Below are positions 1 to 12,975 of a DNA stretch of 64,000 bases, piece by piece. Source of the DNA: Octopus sinensis (Eukaryota); contig NC_043006.1 of the NCBI RefSeq assembly GCF_006345805.1, forward strand, positions 40,610,001 through 40,674,000, given 5' to 3'. The position numbers were made by a program, and so were the translations under genes. The notes beneath the pieces are model-generated. The model made no database searches. It worked only from the letters and a program-made list of their open reading frames with translations, and had not been told where the DNA came from. Numbering within the stretch: the stretch's first letter is position 1; every line of letters starts with the position of its first letter.

Positions 1-182
1 TAACCATTCTTCAACCATAAACTGGTTGTCAACCCTCAAACTAATAGAAATATGTAAAATGGTCAAGAGAAGGAATTAGAAATGTCTGATGCTGCTTGTT
101 AGATGTGCCAACGACAAGGGAATGTGTTGGTATGTGATAACTCAAATATAGAAGTCAGCTGAGGAAAAGATAGCACTGAACT

Positions 183-372
183 ACTGTATTTCATGGCATA
201 AAAGATGCACACTAATTTCAGCAATGCATATTGAGGAAAAAAGTTTTGGGTTCATTAAAGCATGGAATATAGACCCAACTTCGCGTATAGGAAGGACCCA
301 CTGTGATTTTTTTGTGATATTTTGTTTTGGCATTTTGTGATGAGAGTACGTCTTACATGCCATCAAATACGG
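183..372. mobile_element. Tc1/mariner-superfamily MITE (TA-C[C/T]GTATTT termini); related copy at ~4315-4509
   Basis: TACTGTATTTCATGGCATAAAAGATGCAC...GTACGTCTTACATGCCATCAAATACGGTA imperfect TIRs; the body is similar to 4321-4509. Confidence 0.6.
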
Positions 373-1168
373 TAATGTATTTATTGGGAAGACGTTCGTG
401 TGTAACTTACGTGAAATGCAGAAAACGATGGACTGTAAGAGTAACTGGGAATTAAAAAGTATCAGATAATGGATCCAAGGGAGATAACTTCAGTAGTAGG
501 CATACTAAGTGGGACAAATGAGCAGCTACGTATGGATGGAAAACCGTTGTGTGTCGACATGGAAAGAAGTAAAGTCAGGTTTAAGGATGTTGAGTCTCAC
601 AGACAAAATCTCAGTGCAAGGTCAGGACAAATGATTTGTATATGGTAGAACTGTCCTTCCTGTGTGAACTTGGGAAAATAGATATGGAAACGGGTGATAG
701 TGATGCTGCAAGTTTGACTTTGTTACAAAAAGAAAAGTTATTTTGTCGTTTTGTTGTATTAATATTAAAAACTTAATAAATTTCAAATATTGTTTTCTTT
801 CAGTTGCCTGACCTGCCACAGCACGTGTCCCACTTTTGATGCATCTGTTGTCCAGCTTACATAATCGTTGCCCTGCCTTGCCACACCAGTTTTCCAGCTT
901 TCTTTAGCAGCTGTACAACTTACCACACAACAGTTGTCCAGTTTATCACAGTTATTGTCGTCCCACCTTCCTGTAGCAACTTCTCCACCATACCTTTACC
1001 AGCGGCTGTTTTCTGTTTGGCATAAAACACCAGTTACCCAACGTTATTTACACCGATAATGTAGCTTCCCACACACATTCCCCAACAAAACAGTTAAACC
1101 TCATAACAGTGCCTAGTTGTTTAATTTAAACTACCATTTGCCTAAGTTACTCTGCCAGTAGTGCCAAA

Positions 1169-2337
1169 ATGAATGACATTGCAAAAGATAGATTTGACAA
1201 CCAAAATGGATGTTGTCAGTTGGAAGAGGATAGCAATCACACATTTGAGGTGTCCTCTGATGACATTTGCAAGTTTGGCATTTGTGACATAGGCCTCATT
1301 GTGGAACAGGAACTCATAGAGTGTCACAAACAGGTCTTGTCAGAAAACAGTCAGTACTTCAAAGCAATGTTTGAAAGTACTATGAAAGAAAAATCTCAAA
1401 AGACTATAGACCTTAAATGTGTGTCGCTCAATAGCTTCAAAGTGATTTTAGATTTCTGTTATAGTAAACCAGCCCCTCTTCTCATCGACCGTGACAACAT
1501 CTTTGATGTAACACGCATTGCTGATATGTTGAATTTTTCTGAAGTATTCTCATTATGCAAGAATTTCTTATGGAGTCTTGTAAGTCAGAACTGTTTTGAT
1601 GTCCTCATGCTAGCCTCCACTTTGTTCATAAAAGATCTGCACAACTACTGCACTGCTTATGTCCTCTGGAATTTCAAAACCATCAAAGACAATGAAGATT
1701 TTGTCTTCTTAACTAAAGATGAGCTACAGAACTATCTCAGTGACAGCAGACTTAATACAGTTTCAGAGCTTCCTGTGTATAAAAGTATTATTACATGGGT
1801 AAGTGTTAAATACTTCTAGTAACCATCTTTCTTTCAGACACTAATCTTATGTAGCCTGTTTATATTTCCTACATTCATCTGTGTTTGTATCATTGAGATA
1901 GAAGATCCCTTGTTTTATTGCTGCCTCCTCATCACCTTCGTCTATTTCCTTCATCTTCACTTTGTCATCTCTAACTCTTATCTCTTCTCTAGGGCATGAG
2001 ACATCTTGGCATTGCTCATTCGACATTCATTTATTTCATATCAGACTTTAAATCAGGGGTTCCAAACCATTTTTTAATATCCAGACCAGATCCAAAACCT
2101 GAAATTTTGCAAGGGGCCGCACCAAAAAAAGTAAAACACAAATCAATTAAAGAAAAATTTATTATATTTGTTGAGGGAAGACTGTCAAGAGCTGCCAAAA
2201 GGTTGCTTGAGGGCCACATGTGATCCTAGGGGCTGTGCTTAAGAATCACTCTTTGAATGCTTCTTTCATTTTAATGTTTCTCTTGTTTTCTTCCTCCCTC
2301 TCTCCTCTCTCTCTCTATTTATCTCTCTCCTCCATTT

Positions 2338-2382
<45 letters not shown>

Positions 2383-5300
2383 GTGCACATTTGTGTGTGT
2401 TTGTCTCCAGCACTGAAAATTACTATTGCCCAAACAGGTTGAATGTCCAGTCAGCCAAACAGCTGTCCCCCATCATCTCATTCCAACTTAACTATATCAT
2501 CTCTTTCATTCACTCACTCACTCTCTCTCTCTCCTCCCTGCCATCATCTCTTCTTCACCTCACCCTCTACAACCACTGCTTCACTGCTTCAGCTTGTACC
2601 ACAATTGTTTCATTGCTCCCCCCTTTTCTACAGCTACTACAATCATTGTCACATCATTACTTTGGCCATCCCCACTACACTTCTTTAGCTGTAATCAAAA
2701 CCACACCACCACTACCATAACTACTGCTACACTGCAACAACCACTGTCATGCCACTGTAACCACCAACCAACCAACCAACTTGTTCAGTTATTGCTTCTC
2801 CTACCATCAGGGTGATCCATTTAGTATATGCTAGTTACATACCACATGAAATAACTCACCCCTGCAGCAAGACACTTGTTCTCGTCCCTCTATCATACTT
2901 TAACTTCTCATCACCTTGCTATAAATCCACTTCCCCCAATACACATAAGTTGAGGGTCTTCTCTTGCAAGTTACTAGTGACAGTGGGCATGTAAAAAGCA
3001 CCCAGTACACTCTATAAAGGGGTTGGTATTAAGAACGCCATCCAGCCATAGAAACCATACCAAAGCAGACATTGGTGTGTGTGTTTATTATCTTTTAATG
3101 AGTTGTTATTGTTAATTGCAAATATTCTTAAGTAAAGTCTTGTAATTTATTTAAACCATTTCCATTTCACTAGGAAACTCAATGTTATATGTATGGTAAA
3201 TATCACACAGAATGGAGGATAAGGTTCGTGGATGTTATGACAATGATGTTTCTCACAAAAGCATGATCATGATGGATTAAGTAGACACTAACAATGAACC
3301 TTATCATCCAAATCACGTAAGTCTGTATCTGCAATGGCCTTAATAAGTTCCATGTGTGAACCTCAGCACTTGTTGCATTTGACCCAGATGTGCTCATGTG
3401 CGTGATGGTGGCTTGCATACAGCAGTGTATTGTGCTCCCTGGCTACCAAACAGCTAGACTGTGTGATCCCTCTCAAAGTAAACTGTGCTTTCATGGTATA
3501 TATATCTTTTGCCATCATGCCTGGTTGATTGCTGGACTGTGTTACCTTTTTTGTTGGCTCACTCTGACTCAACTTCAGCATAGCTTTAGAGAAATTTCTG
3601 TATCGTTTCCACTGCCCACCTCTTGACCAGTGGCTCTTATGCAATAAATAGAGGTAGCTGTAACAAAGAACTGAAACCTAATCACAAATCAGCTTCAGAG
3701 GATTCTTACCTTTCCTCTATACCATTTCATCAATCATTCAAACAAATACGAGGGTGAGTCAAAAAGTAATGCCATTTTGTTTAGGACAGGTATAATTACC
3801 AACACAGGAACATGTATCATGCATCAAAATGAAGCTGGTCCTCTATGGATCACATCCCTACTTCTCAACATAGTCACCGTTTCTCTCAATAGCAATGTTC
3901 CACCTTCAAATGAGAGCACGAATCCCTGCCCTGTAAAATTTTGTTGACTGTTCTGTGAGCCACTTCTTCACCACAGTTTTCACTTACTCGTCACTAGAAT
4001 AATTTAGCACCTTCAGACTATCATCTCTTCAGCCCCATGAAAGAGGGCTTGAGAGGCAAACATTATTCCAGTGATGAGGAAGTGAAAACTAGTGAAGAAG
4101 TGGCTCAAAGAACAGTCAACAGAATTTTATGAGGCAGGGATGCATGCTCTCATTTGAAGGTAGAACATTGCTATTGAGAGAAATGGTGACTATGTTGAGA
4201 AGTAGAGATGTGATCCACAGAGGGCCAGCTTCATTTTGATGTATGATACATGTTCCTGTGTTGGTAATTATACCAGTCCTAAACAAAATGGCATTACTTT
4301 TTGACTCACCCTCATATTATATTTGATGGCATAAAAGATACACAAGCATATTAGATGCACCCCAATTTCAGCAGTGCATATTCAGGTAAAAAAAAAGATT
4401 TTAGTGCATTAAAGCTTAAGGGAGGCCCAACTTCACATAAAGGATGTGGAGTGACTTTTTTTAAGACGTTTTTTCTTAAAAAGTGCATCTTATGTGCCAT
4501 TAAATATGGTAAATCATAACTGTGTCACTTATTACAAACTTGTCACCAGTTCAAATACACTTGAGGCATTTCTGAACCCATAAGAAAGCCATTCATTATA
4601 TTTTATCATGGAGAAAATTTCACACTACAGACAAACATGCTGAATCAGTTCACAGTGTTCCCTATCCAGACTGTCGGATACATGCCTTTCAGAGTGATTA
4701 TCTCCTCTCAGCAACAGAGGCTTGAAAGGCAGATGCTTTGAACTGACACCAAAGACAGATCCTTCTTATGATACTCTTATCATCATTCAATGACTGGTTG
4801 TGCTATTCAGCTGTTCACTTCATATGTTCACTTAACAATATAAAGCGTGACAGGCCACGATTGTGGCTGTCAGGCACAGGCCAATAGGCCACGATTGTGG
4901 CTGTCAGGCACAGGCCAATAGGCCACGATTGTGGCTCAGATAGATGCATTTAATTTATGGGCGTTTGTTGGGGTCTAATTTCACTCAAACACTCTGATAC
5001 CCACCAGAATGCAAGAGGACTAATAGTTCAACTAATGACTTTTCAGATGATGTAAAACTTACCACCGTTATATACTAAGAAGATATTTTAACTATTTTTT
5101 TTGTTTTTTTATGTGTGCATGATAGTCTCATTTTCATAAAATGTGCTCAGCAGTCCATGGTATGTAAGTTCAAATCCCAGCGCTTTATGGGTTAATGTTC
5201 TAAATAAGTTTGTTGCTATTTTATTATTATTACAACTACTGTCAACTATTATTTCTAATATTAATAATAATAATAACAATGATATTTATCAAGATAAATC

Positions 5301-8300
5301 ATGATCCCGGACAACGGACGAAATATTTCAAAGAACTATTTTCATCGTGTGTCCATGTTGGTTTAATGTCCAGTGAAGAATTAGAAGTTCTTCAAGAATC
5401 AGACCTGGTGAAATCCACTCCGAATGTTTTACAAACAGTCGAGTCAGCTTATGTTGATCAAGATTCAAGTGCAGCAAATAATGACTCAGTAAGTGAACCG
5501 CATCCTTTTCTTCATCTTCCTGTATATCTGAGTGTGTGTGTGTGTGTGTGTTTTGAGTAAGGGAATATTTCCCTGCATATTACTCTTTTATTTGTTTCAG
5601 TCGTTTGACTGTGGCCATGCTGGAGCACTGCCTTTTGCCGAACAAATCGACCCCAGAACTTATTCTTTTGTAAGCCTAGTGCTCATTCTATTGGCCTCAT
5701 TTGTCAAACCGCTAAGTTATGGGAATGTAAACACATCAACATCGGTTGTCAAACGATGGTGGCAAGACAAACAGACAGACACACACATATATATACGACA
5801 ATCTTCTTTCAGTTTTCGTCTACCAAATCCGCTCACAAGGCTTTGGTTGGCCTGAGGCTATCGTAAAAGACACTTGCCCAAGGTGCCATGCAGTGGGACT
5901 GAATCTGGAACCATGTGGTTGGTAAGCAAGCTACTTACCACACAGCCGCTCCTGCAGCTTTTTTTTTTTTGTTTACACAAAGATTTTTATTCAACTGTCT
6001 TCTGTAGTAGAAAAAATTTGTGTATGTTTGTGTAGCTGGTACTGGTGCCATGTGAAAAGCACCCATTGCACTCTGTAATGTAGTTGGCATTATACACACA
6101 CACATACATATATATATACACACATGTAATATATATATATATATACACACACACACATAATATACACACAGAGGGCACACATACATACACATAATATACA
6201 CGCAAAGAGCTTCCACACAGTATCTGTTTATCAAATTCACTCAGAAGGCTCTAGTCAAGCTGCGACTGGACCCAAAGCCACATGGTTATAAAGTGAACTT
6301 CTCACTTGCACAGCAATCTGCATTGTATGTCTGTCCATTCTCAAGATTTACCATTGAGTTTAATTCTTAGTAAAGCAGAGTAAACTTGAAAAACATTTGT
6401 TTGTTTTGTATTTTGTTATCGTATCACAGTATAGTTTTTATATTTTGTTTCTTGTTTGCAATTCATTTCTAGACTGGAGGTTCGAAGAAGCCTTCTCATC
6501 TACGACAGATTCCTCAAGCGCTGTTGTGGGTTGGTGGAGACAAGAGCAAACTCTGCGATAAACCGAGTCCCCATTGGAATGTAATGCGATGGGATGCTAC
6601 TGCCAAAGAATATGTCAAGCTAGATGATATGTACCCTGTGACGTCACCGGTGGAAGCTGACATGGGTTACAGGGTGTGCAGTTTGGGTAAGAGAACAGTC
6701 TATTACATATCATCATTGTCATCATCATCATCGTCATCATCATCATCATGAAACACTTGTCTCTTTAATTATCATATTTGTAATTGATGTCCAGTGTCAT
6801 CAATGATTATTTTTACAAATATCGTCATCATTATTGTAGTTGTTTTCACAATCATCATTAGCAGCAGCATCATTATTATTGTTATTATATTCAAATTCTG
6901 CCGAGGTCAACTTTGCCTTTCGTCCTTTCAGGATCATTGAAATAAGTACCAGTTATGCACTAGGGGCGATGTAACTGGCTTACACCACTCCCACCAAATT
7001 TCAGACCTTGTGCCTATAGTAGAAAGATTATTATTATTATTATCATTATTATTATTATTAAGGTAGAGAGCTGGCAGATTTGTTAGTATGCCAGGCAATA
7101 TGCTTAGCAGCATTCCATCCATCTTTACATTCTGAGTTCAAATTCTGCCAAGGTTGACTTTGCCTTTCATCCTTTCGGGGTTAATAAAATAAGAACCAGT
7201 TGAATATTAGGGTCGATGAAATCGATTTAACTCCTCCCTCAAAATTGTTGGCCTTGCACCAAAATTTGAAACCATCATCATTATTATTATTGTTGGGTGA
7301 GAGAGCAGTGTATGTCATCAGAGTGATACTGGGGTACAAATATACAAAGCCCAATATACCCGTCATGGTTACCCATCTGATAAGGGTGCACCAAGCACAT
7401 GCATCATAACTATATGTGCGCAACATGGTGATCTCATATCGTGATAAACATTGCATGACCTTGCAGGTGGGGCCCAGTTAGAATTTTCTTTAAGTGGATG
7501 TTAAAATGATCGTGATATTTCTACAGTTTTTTATTTTCTCTTTTCTCTTCCTATCAAATTGTGCAGGTGTGGAGGTCTATGTATTGGGAGGTGAAGCCAA
7601 ACTTGGAAGTAACAAATGGCAGATACAGACCTGGGCTTACGATTTATTAAAGAGGAAATGGATCAGAAAAGCATGTCTCCTGCAACCCCGTCGGCACCAT
7701 GCTGTTTGTGTCCTTGACAACGACATCTATGTGATTGGCGGATTTACCAAATACCGTGAGATTACAGTCAGTGTCCATTGCTACCATTCTAACAATGGTA
7801 TGTTTACAGATCTTTTATCATTTACGTTTTACTTGTTTCAATCATTGGACCGCGGTCATGCTGGGGCACCGTCTTGAAGGATTGTGTCAGGTAAATGAGC
7901 CTCAGTGCTTATATTATAAATCTGGTTCTTATTCTACCAGTTACTTTTACCAAGCTGCTAAGTTATGGGGAAGTAAACAAACCAACACTAAGTTGTAAAG
8001 CAGTGAGAAGGAAGGTGGAAGAAACACATAAACACACAGTCACAACAGGCTTCCTCACAGTTTCCACCTATCAAATTCACTCACAGGTGATTGGTTGGCC
8101 CGAGGCAATAGACAACTGTAGCCCACAGCGCTGCACAATGACATTGAACCCAAAACCATGCACTTACAAAGCAAGCTTCTGAACCACACAGCCATATTTG
8201 TGCCTATCAGTGTCAGTTTCTTTAAGCTGTTGTATTTGCACCTCTAACCAATTGGAATTTTGGGTGGCTGAAGAGGACCCAAATTTCAATACATAATACA

Positions 8301-9958
8301 TTCTCTTTCAGATGTAAAATTAATTTGCAAATTTCCTGTGAGGTAACATTCATAATTGTTGTCCTTCATTTAGTTGTTGTCCTACATTTCAAATAGCAAA
8401 CTGATAGGATCTCATTAGACCTCACAAAAGATTGAAATCAATTCACTTACTGGACGTTGTCATCAATGCTGAGTTTAACTCTTTTGGTAACCAACCTGTC
8501 CAAAATACCCACTGGTTCTTTCAATCAAACTTCCTATTTTAAACACCAAACAAATAATGACAAAATTAATTTCAATAATTTTTCATTATTTGCAGAATTA
8601 ATTGATATGGTGTTAATTGACTATGAGGCAACTGGTCTGAGTTGTCGTTGTTGAGGTGACCAATTCAGTTTTCTGGTTTCTAGTTCAGTCACCCAAATTT
8701 GTTGGCTCCTGTGTGACCATCTGAATCTGTTGTCTCTGGGATGACTGGCTCCCAAGTCTCTTGGCTCTGGTGCAACTGTATTGATCTGGCACAGCTGTTC
8801 AGATATGTCGGTGCTCATACAACCAGCCTTAATTCATTGACTCCTTTATAACTGGACTCAGTGTCTTGAAACTAGTATGACTAAGCTTTAATCTATTAGA
8901 ACCAGTTACAAAATAGATGAAGTCTTAAAGCAACAAATGAATTTTCACTTTTAAAATATCATTTCCTAACATTAATTTTAAATTATTTAGCTTATAGGAG
9001 TGGCTGTGTGGTAAGTAGCTTGCTTAACAACCACATGGTTCCAGGTTCAGTCCCACTGCGTGGCACCTTGGGCTAGTGTCTTCTATAGCCTCAGGCCAAC
9101 CAAAGCCTTGTGGATGGATTTGGTAGACGGAAACCGAAAGAAGCCGTCGTATATGTGTGTGTGTTTGTGTGTCTGTGTTTGCCCCCCCCCCCCAGCATCA
9201 CTTGACAACCGATGCTGGTGTGTTTACGTCCCCGTCACTTAATGGTTCGGCATGAGAGACCAATAGAATAAGTACTAGGCTTACAAAGAATAAGTCCTGG
9301 GGTCGATTTGCTCAACTAAAGGCGGTGCTCCAGCATGGCCGCAGTCAAATGACTGAAACAAATAAAAGAAAAAGAACATTTTTTTATTTTGCCATTAAAA
9401 AAAATGAAGACCCTGCACAAACAAACTATTTGAAATTGATGTCTTCTTGTTTTCTTTTTCTCTCATTAACCTACAGATTCCTGGACAGTATGTTCCGACT
9501 TAATAAGACCGGAATTTGCTGCTACGGCTGCTGCACTAAACAACAGAGTATATTTATTGAAGACATTGATTATCCAATGTTATAATCCTTCCAGTAATCA
9601 GTGGACAATTGTTACCACTGATGTACCACCAGCAATAACTCCTGGCTTTACTGTCATGTCAGCTATTACCGTTGGCAACTCACTCATCATACAAAGTGGC
9701 TACAACAACAAACTCTATTTATACGACCCCTATGCCGAAGACCAGGACCAAGCATGGACTTCCCTCGGCTGCTTCAAAGATGTCTTTGGAAGCTGCGCAG
9801 AACTGGATGGCAAAATCTATTGCATGGGTAATGACAGTAACCATATGGAAACTTATGATATAGAATCACAGACATTTGGCATTGAGATGTCAGTCTCCTG
9901 CCATTTATCTCGGAGTTTCTTAGTAACTGTGCCATTCTACGAGGAGACCATGACATAA
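1169..9958 (+). CDS. Kelch-like (BTB-BACK-Kelch) protein, 583 aa; join(1169..1798,5294..5488,6473..6686,7567..7797,9477..9958)
   Basis: Exon 1 encodes a BTB (IECHKQVLSENSQYFKAMFES...IDLKCV...ILDFCYS) and the start of BACK. Every junction is GT-AG and in phase (0,0,1,1): ITW|INHDPGQR, NDS|TGG, SLG|VEVYVLGG, HSNN|DSW. Kelch motifs include VYVLGG, RRHHAVCVLDNDIYVIGG and CYNPSSNQW. Joined length is 1752 nt with no internal stop. A probable 5'UTR acceptor lies at 801-803. The subfamily cannot be named from sequence alone. Confidence 0.9.
2054..2250. mobile_element. hAT-type MITE, degenerate
   Basis: Starts CAGGGGTTCCAAAC and has a decayed right TIR; flanked by 8-bp near-direct repeats CTTTAAAT/CTTTGAAT. 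Confidence 0.5.
3749..4314. mobile_element. mariner-derived fold-back MITE (two inverted 3' ends), TA target duplication
   Basis: TA|CGAGGGTGAGTCAAAAAGTAATGCC...GGCATTACTTTTTGACTCACCCTCA|TA with inverted arms of ~250 bp. The centre and right arm translate to APSDYHLFSPMKEGLRGKHYSSDEEVK, the mariner transposase C-terminus. Confidence 0.9.
4853..4937. repeat. 34-bp tandem repeat, 2.5 copies
   Basis: Unit AGGCCACGATTGTGGCTGTCAGGCACAGGCCAAT, containing the hairpin GCCAC-GATT-GTGGC. Confidence 0.9.
8997..9375 (+). mobile_element. tRNA-derived SINE family A (abundant octopus-type SINE), full length
   Basis: Head GGAGTGGCTGTGTGGTAAG...GGTTCAGTCCC (A/B-box-like), internal (TA/GT)n, tail GACTGAAACAA(G)TAAAAGA. 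Other copies lie near 5555-5950(-), 13566-13927(-), 14805-15050(-), 32170-32660(-), 37120-37535(-), 46545-47005(-), 47960-48345(+), 52015-52395(-), 61425-61928(-) and 62193-62615(+). Confidence 0.85.
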
Positions 9959-10419
9959 AACATTAAACATCTTAATGTCCTTTCACTTGAAAATGAAGAT
10001 ATGTTTTGCTGTAATTTTTCACTTAGGAGAACGCCATAGAGTAGAAGGTAAGCTCCCGATAAACTTGGAGATCAAGTTTCACTTCCAGATCAGAACTGTG
10101 TCACTTCACCTACATCACTAATATACTTGGAAAAGGCATGAACATCACAACATCCATTTCGTTCATAACAGTTTTACACTTCACAACCATCACCTACAGA
10201 TGACAGGAGAAGCCACTACAGAGAACCTTCCCTGAGACATTATGAACAAAATTGTAACAATATCTAATTTCAAGCTACATCTGCCAGCTTTTTGACCTGA
10301 AATTTTCTACCATTTATTTTACGAGCTTTTTACTTGTCATGCAATAAGACTTTTATGTATGTATATATATATATATATATATATATGATTTTATATATAC
10401 ATATATATATTTATGATTT

Positions 10420-10453
<34 letters not shown>

Positions 10454-12339
10454 TGATTTTATACATATACATAGATACATACATGTGTAGTTTATATTAA
10501 ATTTGCCTTGCAATTTACTCAGTGAAATGCTTACGATTGTCATTGTTAGATCCAGCTGTGGTCAGATTTACTGTGAAACGGATGTTGTCAATAGAACGAA
10601 GCATTTGACTGTGTGGCTACTATTAATTGCTGTCTTTAATGCAGGACATGCTGTCCTATGAATTTAGGGGCTGAAAAGATGTAGTCCCTACTCTAAATCC
10701 AGGAATTTGTTGAGGCAAGAAATTTTGCCTTTTACTGAGTAGATTAAATGACTACATAGATGTTTCCGAACTGGTTGTTGTCGTTGTTGTTGTGGTCTTA
10801 AGTAAAATGGTTGGGGTTTGCCTTCCTGCCATTAAGAAATTTTTGTTTCAATGTCAGAACAGAGATAATAACCATCATGAACAAATTATGTGCTCAGCGT
10901 AAGCCCCATCATACAATTAAAAGTCACCAGCACAAAACTGTTGAATATGATTCTATATTTGTGAGAAGAGGAATTTATATCATGCATATTGTTTATATCA
11001 GTTGGACGGGTGTCTTAATCTTGATTATTGATTTCACTATATTTCAGCCTTCAGGTATCTTGGGTTGATTTCGATTTCTGAACCTAACCCTTTATTTCAT
11101 CCATGAAGGTACAGTTCTCATTCACTTCTCTCTGTGTTTTGTGACATGTTTAATTTCAGTTGATACTTTGTGAATTACCTCAGTGTCTTGCATAGTGCAA
11201 GTAGATAAAGATGTTGGTTAATGCGGTGCAAACACCAACAGGTTCTGAGTTCAATCCCAGGCAAAGCAATAAGATATTCACAAAAAAGTCCACTGAAGAA
11301 AAAATGTTATGAAACGCAGAGAGCAGAATGGAAACGATGTACCCTCATGGATCTAATAAAGGTTCAGGCTCAAAATTCTAACACAAGCGAGTTCAACACA
11401 AAACACTTGAAGAAGGCCGATGAATACAACAGCCAAAATGTAGTGAAATCTGCAATCAAGACGACAACACCTGTCCACTTAATATAAACAGTATACGCAA
11501 CAAAACTGTTTATTTTTTCAATCCAGATTCTATTCCATTGTGCCTGTCAAAGATATCTATTGTTTGTTTCCACGACTGGCTTGCAAGACATGTTAATGGC
11601 AGAGTGATGTACATGACCTCTCAACTGGAAACATGTTGGTAAGCCTGGGAACACACCCCATGGTACTTTATGGAAAACCTATAATAAGCAGGGCTAATTA
11701 CAAAGTCCATCTGCTATGGTGATCAAGGCCCTCTGTTGATTCATTTTCTCTTTTGGCACCTTATGGTGAATTTCCTCTATGGCATTGGGGTCTTCTATAT
11801 TTGCTAGCACTTTACGGAGCGCTTATTTTATGGTGACCATTTTTAACCTGCCTCAGTAATTAATTATCACTAATTACAGCTAAAAATAAGTGTATATAAA
11901 TAACAAACAGCAAATATCATGCATTCATTCTTTCACTTAACATTTATTTATTTATTGAATTAAAAAATATATAAACATACCTTTATTGTTGGCCTTTTTT
12001 CTTAAATTGTAATTTTGAATCTAGTCAAGGTCACCTTAGGTTTTCAGCCATCCAGGATCAAGAAAGTGATACCCGTAAAATACTGGGGATTGATATAATG
12101 AACTACACCCTCCCTAATATGTTAGTTCTTTTGCCTAGTATGGTTAAGAAGCTTGCTTTGAAACCAAGTGGTTTCAGGTTCAGTCTCAGTGCACAGCAAC
12201 TGGAAACTGTGTGAAAGCCCACCTCATATATATAGTCAGTTTGGGGGTATAGTGTCCTTTCTATTATAGGTACAAGGTTTGAAGTTTTGGTGGAGGGTAC
12301 TAGTCAATTACATCGACTCCAAAATTTCACTGGTACTTA

Positions 12340-12975
12340 ATTTATCTTTTCTATTCTAGGCACAAGGCCCAAAAGTTTGGGGGATTAGATCAACCCCAGT
12401 ATGCAACCGGTACTTAATTTACCAACCCCGAAAGGATGAAAAGCAAAGTCGACCTCAGTGGAATATTATATATTCTTTTCTACTCTAAGCACAAGGCCCA
12501 AAATTTTGGGGGAGAGGGGCCAGTCGATTAGATTGACTCCAGTATCCAACTGGTACTTATTGACCCTGAAAGGATGAAAGGCAAAGTCGACCTCAGCAGC
12601 ATATATATTCTTTTTTACACTAGGCACAAGGCCCGAAATTTTGGGGGAGAGGGGCCAGTCAATTAGATCAACCCCAGTATGCAATTGGTACTTAATTTAT
12701 CTATCCCGAAAGGATGAAAGGCAAAGTCGACCTCAACGGAATATTATATATTCTTTTCTACTCTAGGCACAAGGCCCAAAATTTTGGGGGAGAGGGGCAG
12801 GAAGGCCATTCGATTAGATCGACCCTAGTACGCAACTGGTACTTAATTTATTGACCCCCACAAAGATGAAAGGCAAAGTCAACCTCGGCAGAATTTGAAC
12901 TCAGAATGTAGTGATGGGCGAAATACCGCTAAGCATTTCGTCCAGCATGCTAACGACTCTGCCAGCTGGCCACCT
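12340..12975 (-). mobile_element. Tandem array of ~4 partial units (~130-145 bp) of SINE family B (Meta-SINE-like core)
   Basis: Repeated TCTAGGCACAAGGCCC...GACCCCAGTA..CAACTGGTACTTAATTTA..GACCC.GAAAGGATGAAAGGCAAAGTCGACCTC; only the last unit has the tRNA-like head. Family B also occurs near 6890-7270(+), 14395-14810(-), 31085-31300(+), 35050-35860(-) and 57455-57680(+). The Meta-SINE assignment is from memory. Confidence 0.75.

Noticed and set aside
2220-2720. ORFs containing YIYIYI/CVCVCV/HTHTH runs here and at 23468-23831, 24249-24440, 25100-25432, 32115-32626 and elsewhere
   Set aside because: Translations of microsatellites and SINE bodies.
8596-8654. Good AG acceptor as a possible extra Kelch exon
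   Set aside because: All three phases hit a stop within 60 nt; exon 7567-7797 joins 9477 directly and restores the expected N-D-S-W Kelch motif.
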